This document shows, one piece after another, positions 10,259 through 20,885 of a stretch of DNA of 64,000 nucleotides. Location: positions 96,001-160,000 of the forward strand of contig CAVWLW010000001.1 in NCBI GenBank assembly GCA_963755715.1, written 5' to 3'. Below the pieces are notes generated by a model. It was not told where the DNA came from. It saw only the letters and a program-made list of their open reading frames with translations, and did no database searches. This stretch comes from an uncultured delta proteobacterium (GTDB lineage Bacteria; Desulfobacterota; Binatia; UBA9968). Position 1 is the first letter of the stretch. Each line of letters begins with the position of its first letter. A program made the position numbers and the translations under genes.

Positions 10259-10969
10259 CTAAATATCGTCCATCAACCCGGCCAGCTTGGTTTTGGCGGC
10301 GTTGTGGTCCCAAACCTTTTGCACGACGGAATCTTTGCGCCGCTGTTTCATCACCCGCTGCGTTTCATCCTCGCTGTAAACCAAAACCGGACCGAGCAAA
10401 GAAGCTTTATAAAACCGTGCTGCGGCTTCTTCCAAGTCGACACAGCCGGCAAATACCCATTCGATCGAATGCGCCACGACCATTGAGCCATGCCCACGCA
10501 GCATAACCGCGTCGGCATTGCCCAGAGCTTTTGCCACCGCGTCGCCTTGCTCGATCGTATGGATAAGCGCCGGATCCATATATTTCGGTAACGGCCCCGG
10601 CCCGAAAAAGGCGCCAGGATTAGAAGTTGCCGGGTAAAAGGGCTTATCGACCATCGATAAGGTAGCCACCATATGGTTATGAAGGTGGGCCACGCTCTGG
10701 ATGTCGCTGCGCGCTTTATACGCCCGCGCGTGCATATTGACCTCCGACGGCGCTTTGTATTTGCCTTCGATCACTTTACCTTCAAAATCAGTGATCACCA
10801 TATCGTCGGGCTTAACTGTCGCGCGGCTCACCGGATGAGGCAAGATCAGCAGGTGATCTGAACCAGGGATGCGCACGCTGATATGCCCGCTGTAATCTAC
10901 CAATCCGGCATTAAATAACATGCGCGAAGACATGGCGAGTTTGGTTTTAAGTTCTGATAAATCCGACAC
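10259..10969 (-). CDS. Class II aldolase/adducin family protein
   Basis: SGHISVR, PSEVNMH, AHLHN, MLRGHG. Confidence 0.88.
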   Translation of the reverse strand: MSDLSELKTKLAMSSRMLFNAGLVDYSGHISVRIPGSDHLLILPHPVSRATVKPDDMVITDFEGKVIEGKYKAPSEVNMHARAYKARSDIQSVAHLHNHMVATLSMVDKPFYPATSNPGAFFGPGPLPKYMDPALIHTIEQGDAVAKALGNADAVMLRGHGSMVVAHSIEWVFAGCVDLEEAAARFYKASLLGPVLVYSEDETQRVMKQRRKDSVVQKVWDHNAAKTKLAGLMDDI

Positions 10970-11167
10970 AAAAATTCTCCTCTCTCTGGTAGGCTAATAT
11001 TTTCGTGCTATATCTTTCATCGCGTCAGAGTTCAACCGCGGCCCGCAGTCTGTGTCAGTCGACGGCTCAAATAACTTGATTATCGCGAGTATAAACCGCG
11101 CCGGAAAAAGACTCCGTGGCCCTACCCGCCGCTCAAAAGCGGCGGCCTTGGAAGGAATGCAAGGGCA

Positions 11168-12955
11168 ATGACTACAAATAGCGCCGAAGGCATCCGATGG
11201 GATCTAAGCGATCTTTACGCAGCGCACGACGATCCGCGCATCGACCTGACGATTAAGGATTGTTATGCCCGCGCCGAGAGATTTGCCGATCGTTTCCGCG
11301 CCTTGATGCAAGACCATGAAACGCTCACGGCCGAGTCCCTTCTTCAGGCACTCAGGGAATTGGAAGTCATTTATGAATCCTTGGGCCGCGTCGGCAGTTA
11401 CGCCGGACTGCTCTACGCGGCCGATACGGCAAAGCCGGAATATCAAGATTTGACGCAACGAGTCGAGCAGCGCTCGACTGAGGTTCGCAACCTGCTGCTA
11501 TTTTTCGAGCTGGAATGGCTCAAATTCGATGACACGATCGCGAGTCGGCTCATGGCGGACCCTACATTAGAAGCTTACCGTCATTATCTCATAAGCCTGC
11601 GCCGCTACCGGCCGCATACGCTCACCGAGTTGGAAGAAAAGGTCATCAACGACAGAGACAACACCGGGCGCAATGCCTTCGGCCGGCTTTTTTCCGAGAT
11701 CACGTCGTCGCTGACATTCGCCTTCGAAAAGCCAGGCGAAAAAGCAGACCTCAATCTCAGTCAGATTCTCTCACTGCTCCACGAATCCGACCGCGCGCTG
11801 CGGCAGAGCGCCATGGAGACGCTCTATCAAGGTTTGTCTCAGCAGGGCCAAGTGCTGACGTTCATCTATGACACGCTCATCCAAGATCAGTTGACCATGG
11901 ACCGCCTGCGCAGTTATCCCGATCCCATGGCCCAGCGCCATCTGTTCAATGAAATCGACGGCGCGGCCGTGAAAACGATGATGGCGGTGGTGGAGGAAAA
12001 CTACGGTTTGGCGCAGGACTACTTTCGTCTAAAAGCCAAACTGCTTAAGCTTCCGCGTCTTGCGCTCTATGACCAGTACGCGCCAGTGGGTAAAGAAGTT
12101 AAACCATTTCCGTACCATCAAGCGCGCCAAGTGATTCTCGCAGCGTTCGACGCTTTCGATCCGAAGTTTCGTCAAATCGCCGCGGAATTTTTTGATAAAA
12201 ATTGGATCGATGCCGAGATTCGCAAAGGCAAACGCGGCGGCGCCTTCTGCGCTTCGCCTTCGCCGCAGTTACATCCGTACATTCTGTGCAACTACGATGA
12301 CAACCTGCGTGACGTCATGACCGTCGCCCACGAGCTCGGCCACGGTCTGCATGGCTGCTTAAGCCGTAAGCAAAGTTATTTCAATTACGACACGCCGCTC
12401 ACCACCGCCGAGACCGCTTCGGTGTTCGGCGAAATGCTCGTCTTCGATTACTTGCTGGAGCATCAAACCGATCCGGAAGTGCAAATCGCGCTGCTCGCCG
12501 GCAAAATCGAAGACATCTTCGCCACCGTATTCCGTCAAAACGTGCTCACCCGATTCGAGGAAAAGGCGTTTGCCGCAAGAACCGAAAAACGCCTTACGCC
12601 CGACGCGCTCGGAACTCTTTGGCTCGAAGCCAACGGAAAATACTACGGCGATGCGGTTGAGATACCGGATGGCTACCGTTGGGGCTGGTCGTATATCCCG
12701 CACTTCATCCATTCACGGTTTTACTGCTACAGCTATGTCTTCGGCCAGCTCTTGGTCCTCGCGCTTTATCGAATGTACAAAGACGAAGGAAAGAGTTTCG
12801 TGCCGAAATATCTCGCGTTGCTCGAAGCGGGCGGTTCGGATACACCCGAAGCACTGCTCAAGCCGCTTGGTGTGAACACTCGCGCCGCAGAATTTTGGCA
12901 GAAAGGGTTTGAAGAGATCCGTGCACTAACTGCTAAACTACAAACATTGATATAG
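11168..12955 (+). CDS. pepF: Oligoendopeptidase F (M3B)
   Basis: WDLSDLY, KGKRGGAFC, HELGH, AETAS, IPHF..FYCYSY. Confidence 0.92.
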   Translation: MTTNSAEGIRWDLSDLYAAHDDPRIDLTIKDCYARAERFADRFRALMQDHETLTAESLLQALRELEVIYESLGRVGSYAGLLYAADTAKPEYQDLTQRVEQRSTEVRNLLLFFELEWLKFDDTIASRLMADPTLEAYRHYLISLRRYRPHTLTELEEKVINDRDNTGRNAFGRLFSEITSSLTFAFEKPGEKADLNLSQILSLLHESDRALRQSAMETLYQGLSQQGQVLTFIYDTLIQDQLTMDRLRSYPDPMAQRHLFNEIDGAAVKTMMAVVEENYGLAQDYFRLKAKLLKLPRLALYDQYAPVGKEVKPFPYHQARQVILAAFDAFDPKFRQIAAEFFDKNWIDAEIRKGKRGGAFCASPSPQLHPYILCNYDDNLRDVMTVAHELGHGLHGCLSRKQSYFNYDTPLTTAETASVFGEMLVFDYLLEHQTDPEVQIALLAGKIEDIFATVFRQNVLTRFEEKAFAARTEKRLTPDALGTLWLEANGKYYGDAVEIPDGYRWGWSYIPHFIHSRFYCYSYVFGQLLVLALYRMYKDEGKSFVPKYLALLEAGGSDTPEALLKPLGVNTRAAEFWQKGFEEIRALTAKLQTLI

Positions 12956-13013
12956 GTTCGATAGCGAATAATCTGATCGGCAAGGCAAGCCGACAGCCGT
13001 CTTTTCTTTGATT

Positions 13014-14456
13014 TCACTTCATCCTAAAACTCGGCGGCACGACTTCGTCAATTCCCTTTCCCGTCCAATGCCATTTGGGTACGCTGTCCCAGACTTGTTC
13101 GCCCTTGGCTTGGACTTTGTCGAGCAGCTCTTGCTCGTCGAGACGGAGATACTTGCCGTTATCGACCAGCGTTTCGCCGTCGACGATAACCGTGCGCACG
13201 TCGCGGCTCACCGCAGTTTCCATGAGCGAGCGGATCGGATCACGCACCGCGCCGAAGGCGATGTCTCGCAGGTTGACGATCGTGATGTCGGCCTTGGCGC
13301 CTCTTTGCAGCCGGCCTAGGTCGTCACGCCCGAGCATCTTCGCGCCACCTAAAGTGATCGCGTTGAAAACATCGCGCGGGTGGCCGGCGAGAAAATTCTT
13401 ATCAGCGACGCGCGACGCGATCGCCGCGTAGCGCATGTCGGAGAGAATGTCTTTGGGAAAGGTATCCGTGCCGATACCCATGTTGATGCCCGCTTGACGA
13501 TATCTATCGAAGGACTCCATGACGATGCCGAGCTTTAAATACTTTAGCGGGCTGTAAGCCACCGACGCGCCGGAGTCGGCGATAATTTTGAGATCATCGC
13601 CGTAGGGATAGGCGAGCCAACTATGGCCGCTGATAAAGATGCAGTGCGACAGCGATACTTCCGGATCGAGAAAGCCAATCTTTTTCAGCAACTCGATCGG
13701 TGTGCAACGTTCGCGCTGCAGCACCGTGTGAAACTCGAAAAGATTGATCGTTGCGTGGATTTGAATTCTCACTCCCGCGTCCTTTGCCGCTTTCTTGGTG
13801 TCTTTCAACAACGCCGGCGTGCACGAATCCACATGGCCCGGATAGAGCAACGCGCTCATGCGGCCGCTGCATGCGCCGTCAAATTTCTTGGCGAAGTCGA
13901 CGGCGGTCTTTAGTCCTTTACTGCCGCGCTCGTCGTCCCAGTCGTACTCGAGCCGACCTTCGCGATCATGAAAGAAAGATACGTTCTTATAACTCGGACC
14001 GGCGGCGCAACGAATGCCGACTTGATCGACCATGTCGACGTACCGCTCCGGCTCGCCGCCGGCACCGCCGATGTCGAACGTCGTCGTCACGCCGCTCTTC
14101 AAAACATGGACGAGCGAATACCGCTGGCCGATGTCGACATCTTTTAAATGCGCCGAGTGCGCGCCCTCGCGAGTCGGGCCACCGTGGGCCAAATAGTTGG
14201 AAGCAAAAAAATCGGTCTTGGTCGAATCGTTAAGAATGTAATCGCTGGCATTGATGCCCGAGTGAAAGTGCGTGTCGATGAAGCCCGGCGAAACCAGGCA
14301 ACCTTTGGCGTCGATCTTTTTGTCGACGGCTTGTGCATAATCCTTGCCGACGAACTCAACCCGATTACTGTCGAAGACGACCACGCCATCTTTGATAATT
14401 TCATGTTCTTTGCCGTCGAAGCCGACCACGTAGCCGCCCTGGATCAGTGTTTTCAT
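13014..14456 (-). CDS. Amidohydrolase (AtzA/TrzA chlorohydrolase-deaminase-like)
   Basis: PGFIDTHFH, IGTDT, GAKADI motifs. Confidence 0.85.
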   Translation of the reverse strand: MKTLIQGGYVVGFDGKEHEIIKDGVVVFDSNRVEFVGKDYAQAVDKKIDAKGCLVSPGFIDTHFHSGINASDYILNDSTKTDFFASNYLAHGGPTREGAHSAHLKDVDIGQRYSLVHVLKSGVTTTFDIGGAGGEPERYVDMVDQVGIRCAAGPSYKNVSFFHDREGRLEYDWDDERGSKGLKTAVDFAKKFDGACSGRMSALLYPGHVDSCTPALLKDTKKAAKDAGVRIQIHATINLFEFHTVLQRERCTPIELLKKIGFLDPEVSLSHCIFISGHSWLAYPYGDDLKIIADSGASVAYSPLKYLKLGIVMESFDRYRQAGINMGIGTDTFPKDILSDMRYAAIASRVADKNFLAGHPRDVFNAITLGGAKMLGRDDLGRLQRGAKADITIVNLRDIAFGAVRDPIRSLMETAVSRDVRTVIVDGETLVDNGKYLRLDEQELLDKVQAKGEQVWDSVPKWHWTGKGIDEVVPPSFRMK

Positions 14457-14547
14457 CGCTGAGACCTTTCAGAATTGGAATAGAGCTGGTTTCACTCGGA
14501 TTAACGAACGGGCCGCGCACGGTTTCAGCATGGTTGGCTAGCGCTCC

Positions 14548-15609
14548 TCACTTGCCCCAAAGCTCTCTCAGAAAACCGCTCTTGTCGAGATTGTTCACAA
14601 AGGAATTGTCGTAAAGGTCGTCCGCCTTTCGTTTGATCGGCGTGCCCAAGCTCCGCTGCAGTTCCACAGACTCGGCAACCACTTGCGCCGGCACGATCAT
14701 GTGCCGATCGACGATGTCTTTGGTGTAGACGCTATAGGCAACTTGCAGTGCTTCTTCGTCCTTCACGCGCATGACTTTGGCGATGGCCGCTTTGGCTTTG
14801 GCGGGATTTCGATCGGAGAAACTGATCGCTTCAGCGAACGCCGCAACCATGCGTTGCACCGTTTCCGGATATTCGCGAATCGTCCGCGAACTGGCATGCA
14901 GCGAGCTGTAGATGAAGGGAATATCCAGATCGATCAATCGGTAGGCGACATTATAACCGTCGTTTTTTGCGCGCACGTCGAGCGGCGGGGTGATGACGAC
15001 GCCCTGAACGACGTTGGCGATCATCGCTTGATAGCGTTCGGTCTGGCTGCCGCCGATCGGCCGCATGGTAACGTCAGGAACATTAAGTTTTTTTACGAGC
15101 AAACGCGACAGCCGATCGCTCAGATCGCCGGCGCGGGCCACGCCCAACGACTTCCCCTTCAAATCCTCGACGCGGCGGATTTCTTTCCGGGTGACAAGCA
15201 CATAAGGGAGCTTGATTAGCGGCGCCGCGACCAGCTTCACGTCGACGCCGGCCGCCAGCGCCGGCAGCGTGGCGTCCGCGGCGCAGTAAAGAAATTGAAT
15301 CTCGTCCGCCATCAGCGCCGCCAGCGAGGCGCTGCTGCCGCGGATAAAAACATGCTCCATCTTGAAACCGTACTTGTCGAAAAGATGATTTTCCAAAGCG
15401 GTGTAAAGGTGCGCGAAGCCGCCGGAGACGGCGCACGTCGCGATGCGGATATGGGTCGAGCGCTCGCCGGGTTTCGCAAGATAAGGATTGGCAAGGACGG
15501 GAGAATAATTTGCGCCGAGGAAAATCGCCGCGAGCAACCAGATCCTGATCAATGCCCACGCTAATGGCGCGCGACCCTGTTGCGCTGGGAAAAGCCCGTT
15601 TTGCCTCAT
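14548..15609 (-). CDS. ABC substrate-binding protein, SsuA/THI5/NMT1-like
   Basis: Signal region, FDKYG, EDLKGKSLGV fold motifs. Confidence 0.8.
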   Translation of the reverse strand: MRQNGLFPAQQGRAPLAWALIRIWLLAAIFLGANYSPVLANPYLAKPGERSTHIRIATCAVSGGFAHLYTALENHLFDKYGFKMEHVFIRGSSASLAALMADEIQFLYCAADATLPALAAGVDVKLVAAPLIKLPYVLVTRKEIRRVEDLKGKSLGVARAGDLSDRLSRLLVKKLNVPDVTMRPIGGSQTERYQAMIANVVQGVVITPPLDVRAKNDGYNVAYRLIDLDIPFIYSSLHASSRTIREYPETVQRMVAAFAEAISFSDRNPAKAKAAIAKVMRVKDEEALQVAYSVYTKDIVDRHMIVPAQVVAESVELQRSLGTPIKRKADDLYDNSFVNNLDKSGFLRELWGK

Positions 15610-15716
15610 GAGAAGATCCTTCGAATCTCAAGCCGCGCGGATAATAGTCTATTTCATTCGGCCACTCAAACGCGCCACCGAACTAGCTCATGGGGACAAT
15701 TCCATGGGAACAAGAG

Positions 15717-16752
15717 TTAGACGGCGAAGCGAAAGTGGATGATGTCGGCATCCTTGACGAGATACTCTTTGCCTTCGAGCCGGAGTTTGCCGGCTTCCTT
15801 GCATTTTGCTTCGCTGCCGTAAACGATGAAATCCTCGTAGGCGACCACCTCGGCGCGAATAAAGCCGCGCTCGATGTCGCTATGTATTTTGCCGGCGGCT
15901 TTTTTGGCGACGGTGCCTTGGGTGATCGTCCAGGCGCGCACTTCGTCTTCGCCGGCGGTAAAAAAACTGATCAGATTGAGCAAGGCGTAAGAGGCGCGGA
16001 TAAAGCGCTCGCGCGCCGGCTCATCGATGCCGATCTCCTTCAAAAACCCCGCCCGGTCATTTTCATCGAGCTGGGCGATTTCCATTTCCACCTTGCCGGC
16101 GAGAGCGAGCCCCTGCAGGCCGCGGCGATTCAACTCCTGCTGGTAAGCAGGATCGAGCGGCTTGCCGGCCTGTTCTTCGGGCTCATTGAAAATCACCAGT
16201 AAAGGCTTGCGGCTGAGAAATCCGAATCCGGACGCGAGACTCTCTTCATCCGCGCTGAAGCTCAACGCGCGCAGGCTTTGCTCGCTTTCCAGCGCTTCGA
16301 GCGCAGCGCGCGAGCAATGCCTCTTCTTGAGGGCGCGCCTTTTCTTTTTTTAGACGGCTGCGCCGGTTCTCGACCACGGCGAGATCTGCGAGGATCATCT
16401 CCGTCATCAGGTCCGTTAGCTCTTTGATCGGCTTGGCGCCGGCGCCGAAATCGCGCAGTACGAGAGTGATGGCGTCGACTTCGCGCATTTGCGTCACCAG
16501 CGCCTGATTCGACTTGAGGTTTTCCTCTCCCTCGCTCGGCGGAAAATCGGTGAAGCGGATTTCAGCGTAGGTGGTTTTCTTCGGTTTGAAGATCGCCGAC
16601 AGCTTGTCGATCCGCGCATCGGGAACCTTGATGACGCCCAGGTGAATCTCTTCTTTGCCGCCAAAGCCGCCGGTCTGGGCCTGAAGGCCGGTCAGCATGT
16701 TGAAAATCGTCGTCTTCCCCGCGCCCCGATGGCCGATCAATCCCACTTTCAT
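15717..16752 (-). CDS. ychF: YchF/Obg-like ATPase paralog with C-terminal TGS (DUF933) domain; frameshift near 16300
   Basis: KVPDARID.LS.IFKPKKT, FFTAGEDEVRAW, AAGKIHSDIERGFIRAEV, LEGKEY.VKDADIIHFRF. Confidence 0.8.
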
Positions 16753-16865
16753 CTTTGGTACATTCTCCTCACGCAGCAACTCAGGGAAAGCAATCTAGCA
16801 GGAAACACCGAGCGAATAAATCTTTGGCGCGCGCTAGAATGGCGGGATTGCCGTGATGAAAACAT

Positions 16866-16910
16866 CATCGCCCAGCTCCCGACACCGTAAGGCGCCGAAG
16901 CTGGGCGATG
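16866..16910. terminator. Hairpin downstream of degQ-like gene (probable terminator)
   Basis: CATCGCCCAGCT / AGCTGGGCGATG 12-bp stem. Confidence 0.55.
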
Positions 16911-16934
16911 TTTGGAAGCATTAGAAAAGCGCGG

Positions 16935-18408
16935 CTATTTTTTTAACGCGAGAAACACGCTCTCCTGGCCGCGCTTGACGAGTAACAAGACTGATTTACC
17001 TTTCTCGCTGCCTGCCATTTCACGGTTGTAGTCCGCTAGGTTTTTCACCGGGTGGCGGTTGATCTGAGAAATCAAATCGCCCGCGCGCAACCCCGCTTCG
17101 TCCGCGGCACTGCCCGGCGTGACCTCCGTGATCACCAAACCCTCGGCGCGTTCTAACCCTAAGCTTTGGGCTATTTCCGGCGTCACCGGTTGCACGGCCA
17201 GACCTAAACCGCCCTCCGCACTCGAGGCCGCGACTTCGTTCTCTTTCATTTCGCCCACCCCGATCGGCAGCGAAATCTCTTTGCCGTCGCGCATCACCTT
17301 AAGCGGCACGGTCGTTCCCGGCGCAACCCGCGCCACCAATGCCGGCAAGTCACTCGAGTCTTTGATATCTTTGTTATTGAATGCAACGATCACGTCGCCG
17401 GTTTTGATCCCCGCGCGTTCGGCCGGGCTGCCCTTCATGACATCGGCGACCAAAGCGCCGCGCCCTTCTTTTAGACCCAGCGAGTCGGCGATTTCAGGGG
17501 TAATTTTTTGCACCGTGGTGCCGAGATAACCGCGCACAACCTTGCCCTTGTCTTTGAGTTGCGGCAGCACTTCTGTGATCGAATTCGTCGGAATGGCAAA
17601 GCCAATGCCGATATTGCCGCCTGACTGGCTAAAGATCGCGGTGTTGATGCCGACGACTTCGCCGCGCAAATTGATCAACGGGCCACCCGAGTTGCCTGGA
17701 TTGATCGAGGCGTCGGTTTGAATGAAATTATCATAGGGACCCGGCGCCGATCTGTCTGCCTTTAGCGCTGACGATCCCCGAAGTGACCGTGTGATCGAGA
17801 CCGAAAGGATTGCCGATCGCCATGACCCATTCGCCCACTTCGAGTCGATCGGAATCGCCGAGGGTGACCGCAGGCAGATCGTGCCCCGCATCGATTTTTA
17901 CCATCGCGATATCGGTTTTTTGATCTTTGCCGATCACTTTGGCGTCGTAACTTTTTCCGTCCGATAACGTGACCGAGATTTTTTGCGCGCCATCGACCAC
18001 ATGATAGTTGGTGAGAATCGTGCCATTGCGGTCGATGATAAATCCGGAGCCGAGCCCGTTTTGCCGTTGCGGCCCACGCGGCCCGCGCCCGCCAAAAAAT
18101 CTTTGCCAGAACTGGCTCATCGGATCGTCATCATCAAAAGGCGACGGGCCGCCTTGGGCGGCCTTGCGAATCTGAGTCGTCGAGACGTTAACAACCGATG
18201 GGCCTACTCGCTTCGCCAGAGTGGCAAAGTCCGGAAGACCTTGCGCAACGACGGGTGTCCCGGCAGCGCCGACAGGCACGATCCGCCCGGCCGTAGAGTA
18301 GCGCTCGATGGCACCGCTGATACCGGCCCCCGCCAGCAAACAAAGGATGCTACCGAAAATTAGCGAATAAACCGCTATGTTTTTTTTCTTGGTTAAATCG
18401 TTGATCAT
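16935..18408 (-). CDS. Do/DegQ-family serine protease, two PDZ domains (frameshift near 17745)
   Basis: [34 protein letters not shown]. Confidence 0.92.
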
Positions 18409-18479
18409 TTTTCTCACCTCCACCATTTAGACATGGCGGCCCACTTTTCCGTTCACGTTTATTTTTATAAAAGATCAAA

Positions 18480-18935
18480 CTAGTTGGCCCACGACTTTTT
18501 ACTTTCCCTTTTCCCCTGGTTTTCCAAGACCGCTTCCTTCCACCGCAATAGTCCCTGTCTCATATAGCTGGCATCATAGCCCAAGGCTTCGCAGATGTTC
18601 TCGAAAGAGAAAGGATAAGAACGGTCGTCGTTAGTAATCCATTCGGCGGCATCGAGATGCATTGTTTGTTTGCGTTTGCACGTAGCCTTTACGTTATCTT
18701 GGAAGCAAACCACGGCGTCTTGTAACACCGCAAGCATCAGCACACGTTCGGGATCGAGGTGAAAACGTCGACGATAAGTAGATTGATATTGATGTTCGAT
18801 CAAAATGTCGGGTTGAAACACCGAAAGAGCCCGCTCTTCAATCGGCGCTCGCGGCTGACCGTTGTTTTTCACCCAAAACGGCGAGCGCCCCCGGAGCCGG
18901 GACTCGCGGACTGTAGCTAATTTTTTTTCGACCAT
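18480..18935 (-). CDS. Uncharacterised small helical protein (paralog of 9637..10011)
   Basis: GGGAGG RBS; PERVLMLAVLQDAVVC, AAEWI, FSFENICEALGYD. Confidence 0.8.
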   Translation of the reverse strand: MVEKKLATVRESRLRGRSPFWVKNNGQPRAPIEERALSVFQPDILIEHQYQSTYRRRFHLDPERVLMLAVLQDAVVCFQDNVKATCKRKQTMHLDAAEWITNDDRSYPFSFENICEALGYDASYMRQGLLRWKEAVLENQGKRESKKSWAN

Positions 18936-19110
18936 GGAACTACCTCCCTTTGGATTAGACAAGCCATCGACTGGCATTGTTCCAAATTTTTGGCGCGACG
19001 CGCGCCGGCCCCCGTGATGGGCATAGAATTCTAAAAAAGTCGGTCATGCCCAGGGCCCTGGTGATGCAACCCCGGGATTGGTGTAAACAAAATTAACTGG
19101 CGCGGGAGCT

Positions 19111-19461
19111 TTAGATCAAAAGAATCGAATCGAGCATGTGGCGAGAAATTTTGGGCACATAGGGGCCGCCGTAGGCGGCGAACACACCGGCACGAATCGC
19201 GGGTGGCGCTGCAAAAAGACGACCCGCCTCCGGAGTTTTTGCTGAGGGAGTTGGTACATCGCATGTTTCCCAGTCCAAGCTGACCCAGCGTGACTGAGGC
19301 GCGACATGGGCAATTTTGTTCGATCCCTCAAGATCTACTTTGACGCTGTAGACAAATTTGCCCGGGACGGTTTCATGAGCCAAACCAACCGCAAGGCTGC
19401 CGAAGAAAAAAAACAGTATCAGCCCGCCGACGAACAAGGCGGTCTTGAATTGGTTTAGCAT
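19111..19461 (-). CDS. Small hypothetical protein with N-terminal hydrophobic segment
   Basis: ORF with TM/signal segment and Pro-rich tail ending PKISRHMLDSILLI; no recognised family. Confidence 0.45.
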   Translation of the reverse strand: MLNQFKTALFVGGLILFFFFGSLAVGLAHETVPGKFVYSVKVDLEGSNKIAHVAPQSRWVSLDWETCDVPTPSAKTPEAGRLFAAPPAIRAGVFAAYGGPYVPKISRHMLDSILLI

Positions 19462-19652
19462 TATAAATCCAAAAAATACGCTAACACCGAGGGACCGAAA
19501 GTCAACAAGAGCGAAACCGGCCACGATTCTGTACATCCCTGCTAGGGAATGTCTCGCCGGGATAAATGCTCGATGTCGGCTCAAGCAAGACTCGGGCGCG
19601 CGCTTTGACTCGCCAGTTGACGACACGGGTCAAGATGGTAGATTACCTGGCC

Positions 19653-20831
19653 ATGCCACTAGCAACTATCGAAGCGGCGATCGCCGATATTCGCCGCGGT
19701 CAAATGATCATTCTGATGGATGATAAAGACCGCGAGAACGAAGGCGATCTCTGCATGGCTGCCGAGAAAGTCACTCCGGAAGCAATTAATTTTATGGCGA
19801 CCCATGGCCGTGGGTTGATCTGTTTGCCGCTCACCGAAGAGCGCGTCCGACAGTTGGGTATCTCGATGATGGTGTCGGACAACACCTCTCCCTTCGGCAC
19901 TGCGTTTACGGTATCGGTGGACTCCGCCACCGGCATTAGCACCGGCATTTCCGCCGCCGATCGAGCTAAGACCATTCTCGATGCAATTGCAGATGAAGCC
20001 AAACCACAGGATCTGGTTACCCCCGGCCACATATTTCCGCTGCGCGCCCGCAATGGCGGCGTCCTGGTGCGCGCGGGACAAACCGAAGGCTCGGTCGACT
20101 TGGCCCGTTTGGCGGGGCTCAAGCCGGCCGGGGTTATCTGCGAAATTATGAAAGACGACGGCACGATGGCGCGACTGCCCGACCTCATGCGCTTCGCCAA
20201 AAAGCACAAATTGAAAGTGGTGACAATCGCTGATTTGATCCAACACCGATTGAATTATGACCTTTTGGTCTACAAAGCGGCGTCCGCGCCCCTGCCGACC
20301 CGAGTTGGCGGTCTCTTCCAAGCCATCGTCTACAACACCCATGTCGATCAGAGCGAGCACCTCGCTTTGATCAAGGGCGATATTTCGCCTAAGCAAGAGA
20401 CTCTGGTGCGGGTCCACACCAAATATGTCCCCGGCGATGTCTTTGGTTTCGAATTGCTGAACACCAATGCGGTGATCCAGCGTTCCATGGAAATCATCGC
20501 CAAAGAAGGCAAGGGCGTGATTCTTTATCTGCAACCGAAGCGCAAAGGACTGCACCCGGCAATGGTCACCTACCCGAGACTGGAAGGAAAGCAGCAAAAG
20601 GAGATGAACCGCTCGTTCGTTTACCAGGCCGATTTCAAAGAATACGGCATCGGCGCGCAAATTCTGCGCGACCTAGGCGTGCGCAAAATGCGCCTGCTCA
20701 GCAATAACAAGAAACATCTGGTTGGACTGCGCGGTTACGGCTTGGAAATCACTGCCCTCGAACCAATCGCACGGGATAATCCGCTGCGCGACGCGGTTAA
20801 ACAAAAAAAGCCTAAAGCGCAAGGCGCTTGA
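19653..20831 (+). CDS. ribB: DHBP synthase fused to a degenerate GTP cyclohydrolase II domain (RibBX-type)
   Basis: DRENEGD, GLIC, TAFTVS, TGISAADRA, PGHIFPL, GQTEG; GCHII Cys motif absent. Confidence 0.9.
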   Translation: MPLATIEAAIADIRRGQMIILMDDKDRENEGDLCMAAEKVTPEAINFMATHGRGLICLPLTEERVRQLGISMMVSDNTSPFGTAFTVSVDSATGISTGISAADRAKTILDAIADEAKPQDLVTPGHIFPLRARNGGVLVRAGQTEGSVDLARLAGLKPAGVICEIMKDDGTMARLPDLMRFAKKHKLKVVTIADLIQHRLNYDLLVYKAASAPLPTRVGGLFQAIVYNTHVDQSEHLALIKGDISPKQETLVRVHTKYVPGDVFGFELLNTNAVIQRSMEIIAKEGKGVILYLQPKRKGLHPAMVTYPRLEGKQQKEMNRSFVYQADFKEYGIGAQILRDLGVRKMRLLSNNKKHLVGLRGYGLEITALEPIARDNPLRDAVKQKKPKAQGA

Positions 20832-20885
20832 TTTAAATCAAAGCACGGTTCGTATAATTCCGCGCTCAGGTAACGCCGAGGATCT

